Shown here piece by piece: positions 49,371 to 59,452 of a stretch of 64,000 nucleotides of DNA. This stretch comes from Candidatus Gastranaerophilales bacterium (lineage in GTDB: Bacteria > Cyanobacteriota > Vampirovibrionia > Gastranaerophilales > Gastranaerophilaceae), in NCBI GenBank assembly GCA_944323665.1, contig CALUTN010000183.1, positions 2,619-66,618 on the forward strand. The letters run 5' to 3'. Each line of letters opens with the position of its first letter. The first letter of the stretch is position 1. The notes beneath the pieces were generated by a model, which was given only the letters and a program-made list of their open reading frames with translations, ran no database searches and was not told the origin of the DNA. A program made the translations under genes and the position numbers.

Positions 49371-50921
49371 ATGAAGGAAACAATTCTTTTGACCGATGGC
49401 TATAAGTTGGGCCATCATCTACAATATCCTAAAGGAACTGAAATGGTTTATTCAAATTGGACTCCACGTAGTTGTAAGTATTTCCCAGAAGCTAGTGAAG
49501 GTTCAGTTGTATTTGGTATTCAATATTTAGTAAAAGAATATCTTATTAAACAATTTAATGAAAACTTCTTTCAGCTTCCGAAGGAACAAGCTGTTAAAGA
49601 GTTCTATGACAGAGTAAATAACTTTGTAGGTATTGAAAATGTCGGCATTGAGCATATTGAAGCTCTTCATGACTTGGGCTATCTGCCTATAGAAATTAAG
49701 GCTCTTCCAGAGGGTTCGATCTGCCCAATTAGAGTTCCTATGATGACTATCAAGAATACGCTTCCGGAGTTCTTTTGGCTTACTAATTATCTAGAGACTC
49801 TCATAAGTTGTACCTTATGGCTTCCTTGTACTTCTGCTACGTCAGCTCGTCTGTATAAGAAGGAACTTAAACGTCACGCTGATCGTACTGGTTTTCCTGG
49901 AGATGTTGATCTTGGATTCTGCTGTCATGATTTCTCTATGAGAGGTATGGCTGGAGTAGAGGCAGCTATTATATCTGGAATGGCTCATATGACTTCATTT
50001 TGTGGAAGTGAGACTATTCCTGCTATACGTGCTTTGGAGGAGTATTATAATGCAGATTCTTCAAAAGAACTTATTGCAGCTACAGTTCCAGCAACTGAAC
50101 ATAGTGTTATGTGTGCTGGAGGAAAGACCGATGAAATTGAAACATTCCGTCGACTTATTTGTGACGTATATCCAAAAGGAATTGTAAGTATTGTATCTGA
50201 TACATGGGATTTCTGGCAAGTAATAGAGGATTTCCTTCCAAAATTGAAAAAGGAAATTATGGCACGTGATGGTCGTGTAGTAATCCGTCCAGACAGCGGT
50301 GATCCTGTTGATATTATTTGTGGTTTGAGAACTAACCCACACTTTAATACTAGAATTTCTGAAGGTAAATACTATTGCTGTTATGCTCCATTTGATCCAA
50401 ATTCAGACTATGTAGAAGTATCTGAAGGTCAGTATTATGGTGCATATTATATGCTTGGAAAGACCTTTGGCTGGAATACTACTGAGAAAGGTTTCTTGTA
50501 TCCTTCTACTAAGGTGGGATTATTGTATGGAGATTCTATTACTCTTGAACGTCAGAAGCAAATCTACATGCGTCTTGAAGGTGCTAACATGGCTGCTTGT
50601 AATCTTGTTCTTGGAGTAGGTTCATTTACTTATCAATTTAAATCAAGGGATTCTCTTGGATTTGCTGTTAAGGCTACTGCTTGTAAAGTTAATGGCCAGC
50701 TTGTAGAAATATTTAAGCAACCTAAGACTGATGATGGAACTAAGAATTCTCTGAAAGGTCTTATTGCTATCTATGAGAAAGACGGTAAATATATGGCAGT
50801 TGATGGGGTATCTGAAGAAGAGGAAATGGCTGGAGCTCTTGAACCAGTATTTGTAAATGGAGAACTTAGAAGAGACTATACACTTAAAGAAATTAGAGAA
50901 CGTATTAATGCTACACTATAA
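49371..50921 (+). CDS. nadV: Nicotinamide phosphoribosyltransferase (NAMPT/NadV)
   Basis: N-terminus LLTDGYKLGHH...SNWTPRS...VVFGIQYLVKEYLIKQFNENFF closely parallels bacterial NadV (DFYKTSH...FTPRS...VSFGFQAFIIKYLIHYFNDNFF). The 516-aa length fits. Confidence 0.7.
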   Translation: MKETILLTDGYKLGHHLQYPKGTEMVYSNWTPRSCKYFPEASEGSVVFGIQYLVKEYLIKQFNENFFQLPKEQAVKEFYDRVNNFVGIENVGIEHIEALHDLGYLPIEIKALPEGSICPIRVPMMTIKNTLPEFFWLTNYLETLISCTLWLPCTSATSARLYKKELKRHADRTGFPGDVDLGFCCHDFSMRGMAGVEAAIISGMAHMTSFCGSETIPAIRALEEYYNADSSKELIAATVPATEHSVMCAGGKTDEIETFRRLICDVYPKGIVSIVSDTWDFWQVIEDFLPKLKKEIMARDGRVVIRPDSGDPVDIICGLRTNPHFNTRISEGKYYCCYAPFDPNSDYVEVSEGQYYGAYYMLGKTFGWNTTEKGFLYPSTKVGLLYGDSITLERQKQIYMRLEGANMAACNLVLGVGSFTYQFKSRDSLGFAVKATACKVNGQLVEIFKQPKTDDGTKNSLKGLIAIYEKDGKYMAVDGVSEEEEMAGALEPVFVNGELRRDYTLKEIRERINATL

Positions 50922-51337
50922 TGAGTAACGAATCTTTTAATCATCCATTTTGTGACTATAATTGTATAAGACGTTTAGAGAAGGAACTAGATACTCATGG
51001 TGGTTTAGTCATAGGATTTGATTTTGATAATACAATTTTTGATGTCCATAATCGCGGAGGAAATTATAAAGATATAATAGATACTCTTAAAGAATGCAAA
51101 GATTTGGGATGGACTTTATGTCTATATACTTCCGAACCAGATGAAGATTGGTTAAAATGGAAAATTGATTATTGTAAACACTTTGGTATTGAACCAGACT
51201 ATATTAATGAAAGTCCTCTTCTTAAGGGAACTAAGAAACCATTTTTTAGTATACTTTTAGACGATAGAGCAGGTTTACAATCTGCTTATTTAATTTTACA
51301 AAACATTATAAATTATGCAAGATCTAAATCTAATTAA
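50921..51337 (+). CDS. HAD-superfamily phosphatase-like protein (138 aa)
   Basis: Motif I FDFDNTIFD (DxDxT) near the N-terminus. Confidence 0.4.
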   Translation: MSNESFNHPFCDYNCIRRLEKELDTHGGLVIGFDFDNTIFDVHNRGGNYKDIIDTLKECKDLGWTLCLYTSEPDEDWLKWKIDYCKHFGIEPDYINESPLLKGTKKPFFSILLDDRAGLQSAYLILQNIINYARSKSN

Positions 51338-52118
51338 AATAGAAAAGAGTGATATTAAATATTCTTTTTCTAGATTTCCCGATGGTGAAGTTCAAATAAC
51401 TCTTGACTCAATTAACCATAAGGATAAAGTTCATATAATATGTCGTATAACTAATGCCGAGGAATTGTTTATTCTTATGCAAGTATGTGATATATTAAAA
51501 AGACATGGAGTAATATATTGTATTTCTATTTATTATCTTATGAGTATGAGAATGGATAGAGTAATGGATTTTAATCGTCCGTTTTCATTATCAATTGTAT
51601 GTAAAATACTTGATTCTTTAGACGCATGGTATATTGATATATTTTCTCCTCATTCTGAAGTATATACCCATATATTTAAAAATAACAATGTAAGTGAGTT
51701 AGATTGTATAGAAAAATATCCGGATTTATCAAAATTTCAAATATTACTTCCAGACGCAGGAGCTACAGAACGTTTTTATTTTTACAATTATGAGGCTATT
51801 ACTTGCAGTAAAGTAAGAGATCTAGCTACTGGAAAAATAACTCAAATTCAAATTGATAATCCAGAAATTCTTACTGATCAACCTATACTTATTTTTGATG
51901 ATTTGTGTGATGGAGGAAGAACATTTATAGAAATTGCTAAAGTTGTAAGAGCTATTAAACCAGATATTGAATTAAATATCTTTGTTAAACATATGGTTAA
52001 TCCTAAAGGTATTGAAAATCTTTCTAGTACCTTTAATCATGTATGGTTTACTAATTCTTATAAGGATTGGCAGAATGAGATTTTACCTAATAATGTAACT
52101 GTAATTGAAGTAGTATGA
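51315..52118 (+). CDS. prs: Ribose-phosphate pyrophosphokinase (PRPP synthetase)-like protein
   Basis: FSRFPDGEVQITLDSINHKDKVHIICRI...LFILMQVCDILKRHG and the PRPP-binding loop ILIFDDLCDGGRTF resemble Prs (FSNGE...V.IIQS..., VLIVDDMIDTGGT). Confidence 0.5.
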   Translation: MQDLNLIKIEKSDIKYSFSRFPDGEVQITLDSINHKDKVHIICRITNAEELFILMQVCDILKRHGVIYCISIYYLMSMRMDRVMDFNRPFSLSIVCKILDSLDAWYIDIFSPHSEVYTHIFKNNNVSELDCIEKYPDLSKFQILLPDAGATERFYFYNYEAITCSKVRDLATGKITQIQIDNPEILTDQPILIFDDLCDGGRTFIEIAKVVRAIKPDIELNIFVKHMVNPKGIENLSSTFNHVWFTNSYKDWQNEILPNNVTVIEVV

Positions 52119-52669
52119 AATATAGAGAAAAGGCAATTTTTGAAGCAATAAAGTGGGATGGAAAAAATTTCTCAGAATATCCAACTTGGTTAAAAAAGAG
52201 TCTAGATGCTGGTAACGTAAAAATATTTGAAGATATAGTATCTATATCAAATATAGATGGGGGATATATCGCTTTTCCAGGAGATTATATTATCTTTAAT
52301 TACGGAGCAATTTACGTAAGGCATCCAGATGTTTTTGAAAAATATTTTGAAACAGTAGAAATAAATAAAGAATTTTTAAATTTCGGAGAAGCTATCGAAG
52401 TTCTAAAACAGGGAGGTGCTGTTAGAAGAAAAGGCTGGAATGGTAAAGGATTGTTTGTAATTAAACAAGTACCATCACACATTGATAGTGATATTATTCC
52501 GAAAATGCAATCACTTCCACAGTCAGCTAAAGATCTTATTTTGGAAGGTAAAGGCTTTATCGACTACACAAGTCAATGTCTTATCTACAATGAGAATACT
52601 GGACGTGCTGATTCATGGGTTCCGTCTATTAGCGATGTGTTTGCAGAAGATTGGGAAATAGTTAAATAA
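52115..52669 (+). CDS. Hypothetical protein (184 aa)
   Basis: Track ORF. Confidence 0.45.
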   Translation: MKYREKAIFEAIKWDGKNFSEYPTWLKKSLDAGNVKIFEDIVSISNIDGGYIAFPGDYIIFNYGAIYVRHPDVFEKYFETVEINKEFLNFGEAIEVLKQGGAVRRKGWNGKGLFVIKQVPSHIDSDIIPKMQSLPQSAKDLILEGKGFIDYTSQCLIYNENTGRADSWVPSISDVFAEDWEIVK

Positions 52670-52692
52670 GTTAATTACTATAAAAATTTATA

Positions 52693-52962
52693 ATGGTAAT
52701 TGAAGGATCTTTTTATAGACTCACTCCAGTAAGTGAGTCTTCTCCTTTTTTTGATCTAGAGCTTCTTTATGATATAGGAGGTAAAAATCCTAGAAAAGAA
52801 TTTAAAATAGAAGGATATGGACTTTCCTTAGAAGCTGCTATTGACAGATGTTGTAGATATGCAGTTTTTAAAAAATTTTCTAAAGAGGAAATAATAGATT
52901 TAAAGCAATATGTAGATGAATACAAAAAAGCATTTAGGGAAATTAAATCCCAACTTAGATGA
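52693..52962 (+). CDS. Hypothetical protein (89 aa)
   Basis: Track ORF. Confidence 0.4.
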   Translation: MVIEGSFYRLTPVSESSPFFDLELLYDIGGKNPRKEFKIEGYGLSLEAAIDRCCRYAVFKKFSKEEIIDLKQYVDEYKKAFREIKSQLR

Positions 52963-53398
52963 AAATAAAAGATTAATATCTAAAAAATTAAATAATTTAT
53001 GTAGATATTTAAATGAAGAATATAATATAAATTATGGTGGATGTTGTTTAGTAACATATATTATTTCTAAACTACTAAAAAAGGACAATTTTAAATTTAA
53101 AATAATAGTATGGAGTGATTATAATTTGTCCGTTAAAAACTTTTCTGAGATAAATGAAGCTCAATTTCATTATGCTATTAATTTAGGAAGATATAATATA
53201 AATTCTGGTAATTGCTCAAAAATTAGTTATTTACATAGATTTATATTTAATGATGTTAGTCCATCTGATATATTAAAGCATTATAAAAATAATAATTATT
53301 GTTGGAATAGATCTTATAATACTAGCAACAATAATTTAGTTTTTAAACTATTAAAAATATCCTATGAATCCTTTACAAAAAATTTACGAGAAGGATAA
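52916..53398 (+). CDS. Hypothetical protein (160 aa)
   Basis: Track ORF. Confidence 0.4.
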   Translation: MNTKKHLGKLNPNLDENKRLISKKLNNLCRYLNEEYNINYGGCCLVTYIISKLLKKDNFKFKIIVWSDYNLSVKNFSEINEAQFHYAINLGRYNINSGNCSKISYLHRFIFNDVSPSDILKHYKNNNYCWNRSYNTSNNNLVFKLLKISYESFTKNLREG

Positions 53399-53651
53399 TA
53401 TATCCGTTATTGTAAATGATAAATTTATATATCATAGTGAAGTATACAAGTTATGGAAAGGAGGAGCTTCTCTATTAGAAGAAAAATATTATTCATCCGA
53501 TAAACCCATAAGATTAAAAAAATCTGATATTAAAGTAAAAAAGAAAGATTATATTTTATATAGATTTTTTAATCTTGAATATGCTCCAGAAGAATACTTA
53601 ATTAATAACAATTATAAAATTTTAGAAAATTATGAAGGAAATATTTGCTGA
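53364..53651 (+). CDS. Hypothetical protein (95 aa)
   Basis: Track ORF. Confidence 0.35.
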   Translation: MNPLQKIYEKDNISVIVNDKFIYHSEVYKLWKGGASLLEEKYYSSDKPIRLKKSDIKVKKKDYILYRFFNLEYAPEEYLINNNYKILENYEGNIC

Positions 53652-54186
53652 ATATTTGGAAGGCTCTTTTATTGATTACAAAAATGAAGAACATAAAATT
53701 ATTGTTTGTGCAATTTGTGTAGATCCTAGAGATCCTAATACATCTTATACAAACTTTGCAGTTGGTACTGTTAATCAGGATTACTACATGGAAGAAAAAG
53801 GTTTTTGTCCAATAACTAAAGCTTTGTCTATTGGAGCTACTATTTGTAATCCAGAAGACACTTATAACTTTGAAAAAGGTAAGAAAATAGCTTATTATAG
53901 AGCTTTAAATAATCTTCCAGTTCTTTATTCTAATAAACCTATTACTAAGACAGTTGCTAAATCTGCTCTAATCCAGGAGATTGCTTTTCTAAAAGAATTT
54001 CCAGAAAAATTGATTAAAGGTTATAAGGATTCCAAAAATAGATACCTAAAAAAGGTTTCAGCAGAAAAAGAATATAAGGAATTAAACAATGAAGAACAAG
54101 TTATTGTAAATAAAGCATTTAGTGGAATAAATTTGGAAAAATGCCTAAAGGTATTTAAAAATTTAAAAAATTATAATGAAAAATAA
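53632..54186 (+). CDS. Hypothetical protein (184 aa)
   Basis: Track ORF. Confidence 0.45.
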   Translation: MKEIFAEYLEGSFIDYKNEEHKIIVCAICVDPRDPNTSYTNFAVGTVNQDYYMEEKGFCPITKALSIGATICNPEDTYNFEKGKKIAYYRALNNLPVLYSNKPITKTVAKSALIQEIAFLKEFPEKLIKGYKDSKNRYLKKVSAEKEYKELNNEEQVIVNKAFSGINLEKCLKVFKNLKNYNEK

Positions 54187-54466
54187 ATTAATATATTTTA
54201 TATTTGGTTTTATCTTTTCTTTAAGTATTATATTTTTTATAAGGAAGGATAAAACTATTCCAGATATAAGAGAACCAGATATAAAAGAAATAGTTAGGGA
54301 TTCTCTTATAAGAGATAGTATTTACTTAGTTAATGACTCTATTGTCACCAAAATTGAATATGTAGAAAAAGAATATAATGAAGAGGTATCTACTATTATG
54401 TCTAATTCTGATAGTTCCAATCTTGAGTTTTTCTCAAGATACATCGAAAATTATAATAACAAGTGA
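54176..54466 (+). CDS. Membrane-anchored protein (N-terminal transmembrane segment; 96 aa)
   Basis: Track ORF. Overlaps the next ORF out of frame by 89 nt. Confidence 0.35.
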   Translation: MKNKLIYFIFGFIFSLSIIFFIRKDKTIPDIREPDIKEIVRDSLIRDSIYLVNDSIVTKIEYVEKEYNEEVSTIMSNSDSSNLEFFSRYIENYNNK

Positions 54467-54749
54467 GCAATTAAAAACTGCATGTCTTATTTTTTCTGAA
54501 CATAAGAAACTATCATCATCCGTTCCTCTTCTTAATCAAAGAATAGAAAATCTAACATTGATAAATAATAGTTGGGAAAGAACAGATTCATTAAGAAAGA
54601 CACAGATTCTTTCTTATAAAGAAGAAATAGATCTTAATAAGAGAACTATAGAAAATCTTAATAAGTCTTTGAAAACCCGCAAAAATATTATCAAATATGG
54701 TACAGCTGGGTTTTGTGTAGTAATTGTATTATGCCTATTAATGAAATAA
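54378..54749 (+). CDS. Protein with an N-terminal signal peptide and a C-terminal transmembrane segment (123 aa)
   Basis: Track ORF. Confidence 0.35.
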   Translation: MKRYLLLCLILIVPILSFSQDTSKIIITSEQLKTACLIFSEHKKLSSSVPLLNQRIENLTLINNSWERTDSLRKTQILSYKEEIDLNKRTIENLNKSLKTRKNIIKYGTAGFCVVIVLCLLMK

Positions 54750-54901
54750 TGTTCAAAGATAAAGACGGGTTTCATTATAAACATCCTGAACGTAACTGCA
54801 AAAACTGTAAAAAGTATCCATGTTTAAATAATATGGATAAACTGTATAGTAATTTTGCTGCTTATGGATGTAAGATGTTTGAAGATATAAACATTTTTTA
54901 A
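54713..54901 (+). CDS. Small Cys-rich protein (62 aa)
   Basis: Track ORF. Confidence 0.3.
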   Translation: MCSNCIMPINEIMFKDKDGFHYKHPERNCKNCKKYPCLNNMDKLYSNFAAYGCKMFEDINIF

Positions 54902-55222
54902 GTGGAACCTAATGCGACATATTATGTAAAATTAATAGCCCAGCAATTTGATTCTTTAGGTTACATAAATTATGTATTTGAAAATCTAGAATATAATAAC
55001 ATAGATAATCATTACATAATGTGTGTAAGATTTCCAAATTGGGATCAAATTCCTATAAACATTAACGATGTCGGATATTTAAATATAAAATATGTAGAAG
55101 CTGGAATAGATAAATGGTATAATGGTACAGATTTCGTACCTTATAAATATACAAACGTTATATTTATAAAATTTATTCATGAGAAAAATAATATAGATAA
55201 AGATAATATAATAATAGATTAA
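54902..55222 (+). CDS. Hypothetical protein (106 aa)
   Basis: Track ORF. Confidence 0.4.
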   Translation: MEPNATYYVKLIAQQFDSLGYINYVFENLEYNNIDNHYIMCVRFPNWDQIPININDVGYLNIKYVEAGIDKWYNGTDFVPYKYTNVIFIKFIHEKNNIDKDNIIID

Positions 55223-55268
55223 TTTATAAAATAGATTAGTTATGAAGAATTTTTAATATTTTAAATTT

Positions 55269-56132
55269 ATGACAATACTTGGGGATAAACTCAAAGAAGC
55301 TTTGGATAGTAAAGTAAATGATATTAATAACTATGTATGGAAAGGTCCTAAAGTAAATGGAGTTCAGGAAGAAATAAAGTTAGTGGATGCTGACTATGAT
55401 CAACTTAGAAAATTCTATAAACATAGTATGCAAATGCTATATAATGAAGATTCTAAGAATCCTGGACGATTGACTTTGCTAGAAATAGTTTCTGATCAAA
55501 TTCAGAGATGTAGAGCAGAGCTTCTTGTGCGGTGGTTGAGGTCTGAAAAACAGTATACTAATACTAAATGTTTGGAAGACTTAAAAAGAATTGTTAAAAA
55601 TAATAAGGAAGTATTAACTCAAGAAACTATTAAAACCTATCCAATAGGTAATCTAATGAGCGGACTTCCCGTGGATCTAAATCAAGTTCCAGTAGGTTTA
55701 GTTATGGATGCTTGTTTGGATTCTTTAGGACAGTTTAATAATTCTCATTTGACTTTGAATTTCATTGTTAAAATGGGATTATGGTTTACTCAACACGAAA
55801 TGCAAAAAGATCTTTATAGAAAAGATCCTATTACTGGAAAAACTATTAATAGACTAGAAGTTGTTAGTAAAGAACTTAAGCTTAATCCATCAATTGTGTT
55901 AAGAATAAATGATACAGGTCTAAGCTACTCAGAATTTAAATCTATGTATAGATTGAAAAGGGACAAGTATGCTAATTTGACCAGTGATCAACTGAAATTG
56001 TTGTCTAATAAGATTTTGTATAGATTTCAAAATCAATGTGAAAATCAAGCAAAACAATGGGAAGACAAAATTGAAGAAATTAAAAAAGTTGCAGAATCTA
56101 AAGGTTGGGATGTTACTAGAGACATAGATTAA
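55269..56132 (+). CDS. Hypothetical protein (287 aa)
   Basis: Track ORF. Confidence 0.5.
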   Translation: MTILGDKLKEALDSKVNDINNYVWKGPKVNGVQEEIKLVDADYDQLRKFYKHSMQMLYNEDSKNPGRLTLLEIVSDQIQRCRAELLVRWLRSEKQYTNTKCLEDLKRIVKNNKEVLTQETIKTYPIGNLMSGLPVDLNQVPVGLVMDACLDSLGQFNNSHLTLNFIVKMGLWFTQHEMQKDLYRKDPITGKTINRLEVVSKELKLNPSIVLRINDTGLSYSEFKSMYRLKRDKYANLTSDQLKLLSNKILYRFQNQCENQAKQWEDKIEEIKKVAESKGWDVTRDID

Positions 56133-57433
56133 TGGAAAACCTTTTTACACCTTTAACTCGTGATGAGAGGCAGGAGGAAAGTTTAAAAAAATGGTTGTTA
56201 TCTAAAGGTCATGGAACTATAGAAGCTTGCACGGGGTATGGAAAAACCCGTGTAGCTATAAACATCATTAAAAGACTGTTAACTAAATATCCTAAAATAA
56301 AAGTTCTAGTAGTAGTACCTACTGATTTATTAAAAGTGCAATGGTTAGAAAATATTGATTATAATGGTCTAAGTTTAAATACAGAAGTATTAGTTATAAA
56401 TACTGCTGCCAAAACTAGAATGAAGTGTGATTTATTAATACTTGATGAAATTCATCGTTTTGCTGCAGATACTTTCTCTTCTATATTTGAAGTAGTTCAA
56501 TATAAATTAATATTAGGATTAACTGCAACCATAGAACGATTAGATGGAAAACATGTTATAATCAATAAGTATTGTCCTGTAATTGATACTATATCACTTG
56601 AAGTTGCTAAACTAAATGGTTGGGTATCTGATTTTACTGAATATCAAGTAATTATAACTGTAGATGATTTAGATATTTACAGAGATTATAACAAAGAATT
56701 CGTTTCTCATTTTGAATATTTTAACTTTGATTGGAATCTAGCTAAGAGTATGTTAGGAGAACACGGATTTATAAATAGAGCTAAGTATAGGGATGAATTA
56801 TGTAAAAATGAAATAGATGAATCTAAAAGAAAAGAAGTATTTAGACAAATTACTTATCATGCTACTGCTTTTATGAGAAGTCTACAAAATAGAAAAAAAT
56901 TTATTTATAATCATCCTAAAAAACTTGAAGTAGCTTTAGAAATAATAAAAAATAGACTAAATAGTAAAATAATTACTTTTTCTGCAAATACTAAAGTTGC
57001 AGAATCTTTAGATTCTATTTTAAAAAATGAGAATATACCTAGTTATGTATATACTGGTAAAGAAGGGAAAAAGAAAAATAGAATTACTCAAAAGGAATTT
57101 GGTATGGTTAAGAAAGGAGTAATTAATAGCTGTAAATTAGCTATTGAAGGTTTTGATTGTCCTGGTTTATCAATAGGTATTGTATTAGGTGTAGATTCTA
57201 GTTCAATTAAAGCTACGCAGTCTACTGGTAGAGTAATTAGAAAAGAAGGTTCTAAATATGCAGAAATGTTTACTTTAGTAATAGAAGGGACAGTAGAGTG
57301 TGAATGGTTTCGTAAAAGCCACTCTAATAGTAACTATGTAACTATAGATGTGGATAATCTATTAAAACTCCTTAATGGAGAATCTTGGGAACCTTATAAA
57401 AAGAAAATTCAAAATTTTACTTATCGTTTTTAA
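56132..57433 (+). CDS. Superfamily-2 DEAD/DEAH-box DNA helicase
   Basis: Motif I ACTGYGKTRVA, motif II LILDEIHRF (DEIH) and motif III LGLTATIER. Confidence 0.55.
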   Translation: MENLFTPLTRDERQEESLKKWLLSKGHGTIEACTGYGKTRVAINIIKRLLTKYPKIKVLVVVPTDLLKVQWLENIDYNGLSLNTEVLVINTAAKTRMKCDLLILDEIHRFAADTFSSIFEVVQYKLILGLTATIERLDGKHVIINKYCPVIDTISLEVAKLNGWVSDFTEYQVIITVDDLDIYRDYNKEFVSHFEYFNFDWNLAKSMLGEHGFINRAKYRDELCKNEIDESKRKEVFRQITYHATAFMRSLQNRKKFIYNHPKKLEVALEIIKNRLNSKIITFSANTKVAESLDSILKNENIPSYVYTGKEGKKKNRITQKEFGMVKKGVINSCKLAIEGFDCPGLSIGIVLGVDSSSIKATQSTGRVIRKEGSKYAEMFTLVIEGTVECEWFRKSHSNSNYVTIDVDNLLKLLNGESWEPYKKKIQNFTYRF

Positions 57434-57716
57434 TTATGGAAGAATATTATACAAAACAAGAGTATAATCGAATGAAAAATACTCTTACAAGAAAGTGTAA
57501 ATCTTTAGAAAATAAAATTGAGAAAAGTGTTAATAAGGTAAAAGAACTAGAATTAGAAAACAAAGAACTAAAAAAGAAAATAGAAGATCTATTAAAAACA
57601 GATCCTGAAGATTAAAAAGAAAATTAATTATATCACGTAACTAAGTTATCCAGCTTTAATAAGTTTTAAAAACTTAGTGTATAGATTATCAATAAAAAAA
57701 TTAATAATTTATACAC

Positions 57717-58337
57717 GTGAAAAATTGTGAAATGTCCATTGACGAACAAATAATAATAATGGAGAAATATAATATTGACTCTAATGAATTATTGTTCGTT
57801 TCTATTATACTTCTTATTCAAGACGGTGAAAATGCAGATTTTATAAACCAATATTTTAATTTGCCAATTGAATGTCGAAATGGAATTAGAGAACTCTTAA
57901 TATCTCTGCAAAATAAAGGAGTTATTACAAAGGAGTATAAAATTCCAAATAAAGGACAAAGATTTATTCCAGAGGATATAGTATTTAATAAGAATTTTGT
58001 TAAAAATTTTTATAGATCATCCTTTGATATGGGAAAAGAATTGTTTGAAACATATCCAATGTTTGGAACAGTTAATGGAAGCACTGTAGGATTAAAAAGT
58101 ATATCTAAGAAGTTTGATTCATTAGAAGACTTTTATAGATTTTATGGTAAAACTATTAGATGGAATCCAGAAACCCATGAGAATATTATAGATCTTATAA
58201 ATTGGGCTAAAGATAATACAAACTATATATGTTGTACTTTGGCTAATTTTGTAATAGATCACAAATGGTTAGAATTGGAGGCATTACAAAAAGGAGATAT
58301 AGGTAATATTAACACTGATGCTATTAAATTAGTATGA
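57717..58337 (+). CDS. Hypothetical protein (206 aa)
   Basis: Track ORF. Confidence 0.45.
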   Translation: MKNCEMSIDEQIIIMEKYNIDSNELLFVSIILLIQDGENADFINQYFNLPIECRNGIRELLISLQNKGVITKEYKIPNKGQRFIPEDIVFNKNFVKNFYRSSFDMGKELFETYPMFGTVNGSTVGLKSISKKFDSLEDFYRFYGKTIRWNPETHENIIDLINWAKDNTNYICCTLANFVIDHKWLELEALQKGDIGNINTDAIKLV

Positions 58338-59452
58338 CAGGGAAGGAAGAATTCTTTAACCTTGTAAAAGAAGGTAGAGAAGGCAAAAATATAGGTTTAA
58401 GTATAGGTTCTCCTAAACTTGAACTCTATATGGATGGCTTTCTTCCAGGCACTAGTTATTTAATTGGTGGTGCGTCAGGAACAGGTAAATCGACATACTA
58501 CTTATGGGCTTTAGTTTATCAACCATTAATTCATTTTATGGCTGGTGAATGTCCAGAACTAGACCCATATTGGTTAATGTTTAATCTAGAAATGACAAGA
58601 TCTCAAATATATGCAAAACTTGTTTCTATGTATATTTTTGATAATTTTGGAATAGAGCTAAAATTTAAAAAAATATTTTCTAGAGGTAAGGATTGTATAT
58701 TATCTGATGATGAATTTTACATATTAGAACAATGTAACGATTTCTTAGATGAACTAGATAAGAGAATTATTAGTTATGAAGGTGTATTAACTGAAGAAGT
58801 TTACATAAGAGAAGTAACTAAAACTCTAAAAAGGTTTGGAAAATGGGAAGGAGAAGAATTTATTCCAAATAATCCAAATCAAGTTCTAGGAATTGTTATT
58901 GACCATTGTAGTTTGATTAAAAATACTAATGGAAGAACCAAAAAAGATGAAATGGACGCTATTTCCAGAGATTCTGTAAGGTTTAGAAATGTGTGTAAAA
59001 TTGTATCTCCTATTCATATTGCTCAGTTTAATAGAAGTTCAGGAAGTGATGAAAGACTAAAACAAAGTATGCAAGATCCAAATCAGAATGATTTCAAAGA
59101 TTCTGGATCTCTATATGATGACGGTCAAGTAGTAATGGCTTTATTTAGTCCTCATAAATATAAACTCAATAATTATAAGAAATATAATATTAAAGTTCTA
59201 GAACAAAAATTTATTGGAGTGTTCTTATTAAAGAGTCGTTTTGGAACTTCTGATATTTTAGTACCTATGGGTTTTTATGGAGACTGTTCTCATTATGCTG
59301 AATTGCCTAAACCAGATGAGATTTATGATTATGATAAATATCTTAGTCCAAATTTTTTATTGAAAGATGACAGTTCTACTATGGTAGAAAATGAGCTAGA
59401 TAATACAAATAAATTAGATTATAAAGAAAATGATTTTAATTTTGTATTATAA
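58334..59452 (+). CDS. DnaB-family replicative helicase (RecA-like C-terminal domain)
   Basis: Walker A IGGASGTGKSTYYLWAL, LGIVIDHCSLIK (H2), ISRDSVRFRNVCKIVSPIHIAQFNRSS (H3/H4 pattern ...LAKEL.VPVI.LSQLNR) and DFKDSGSLYDDGQVVMALF (RESG motif). Confidence 0.55.
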   Translation: MTGKEEFFNLVKEGREGKNIGLSIGSPKLELYMDGFLPGTSYLIGGASGTGKSTYYLWALVYQPLIHFMAGECPELDPYWLMFNLEMTRSQIYAKLVSMYIFDNFGIELKFKKIFSRGKDCILSDDEFYILEQCNDFLDELDKRIISYEGVLTEEVYIREVTKTLKRFGKWEGEEFIPNNPNQVLGIVIDHCSLIKNTNGRTKKDEMDAISRDSVRFRNVCKIVSPIHIAQFNRSSGSDERLKQSMQDPNQNDFKDSGSLYDDGQVVMALFSPHKYKLNNYKKYNIKVLEQKFIGVFLLKSRFGTSDILVPMGFYGDCSHYAELPKPDEIYDYDKYLSPNFLLKDDSSTMVENELDNTNKLDYKENDFNFVL

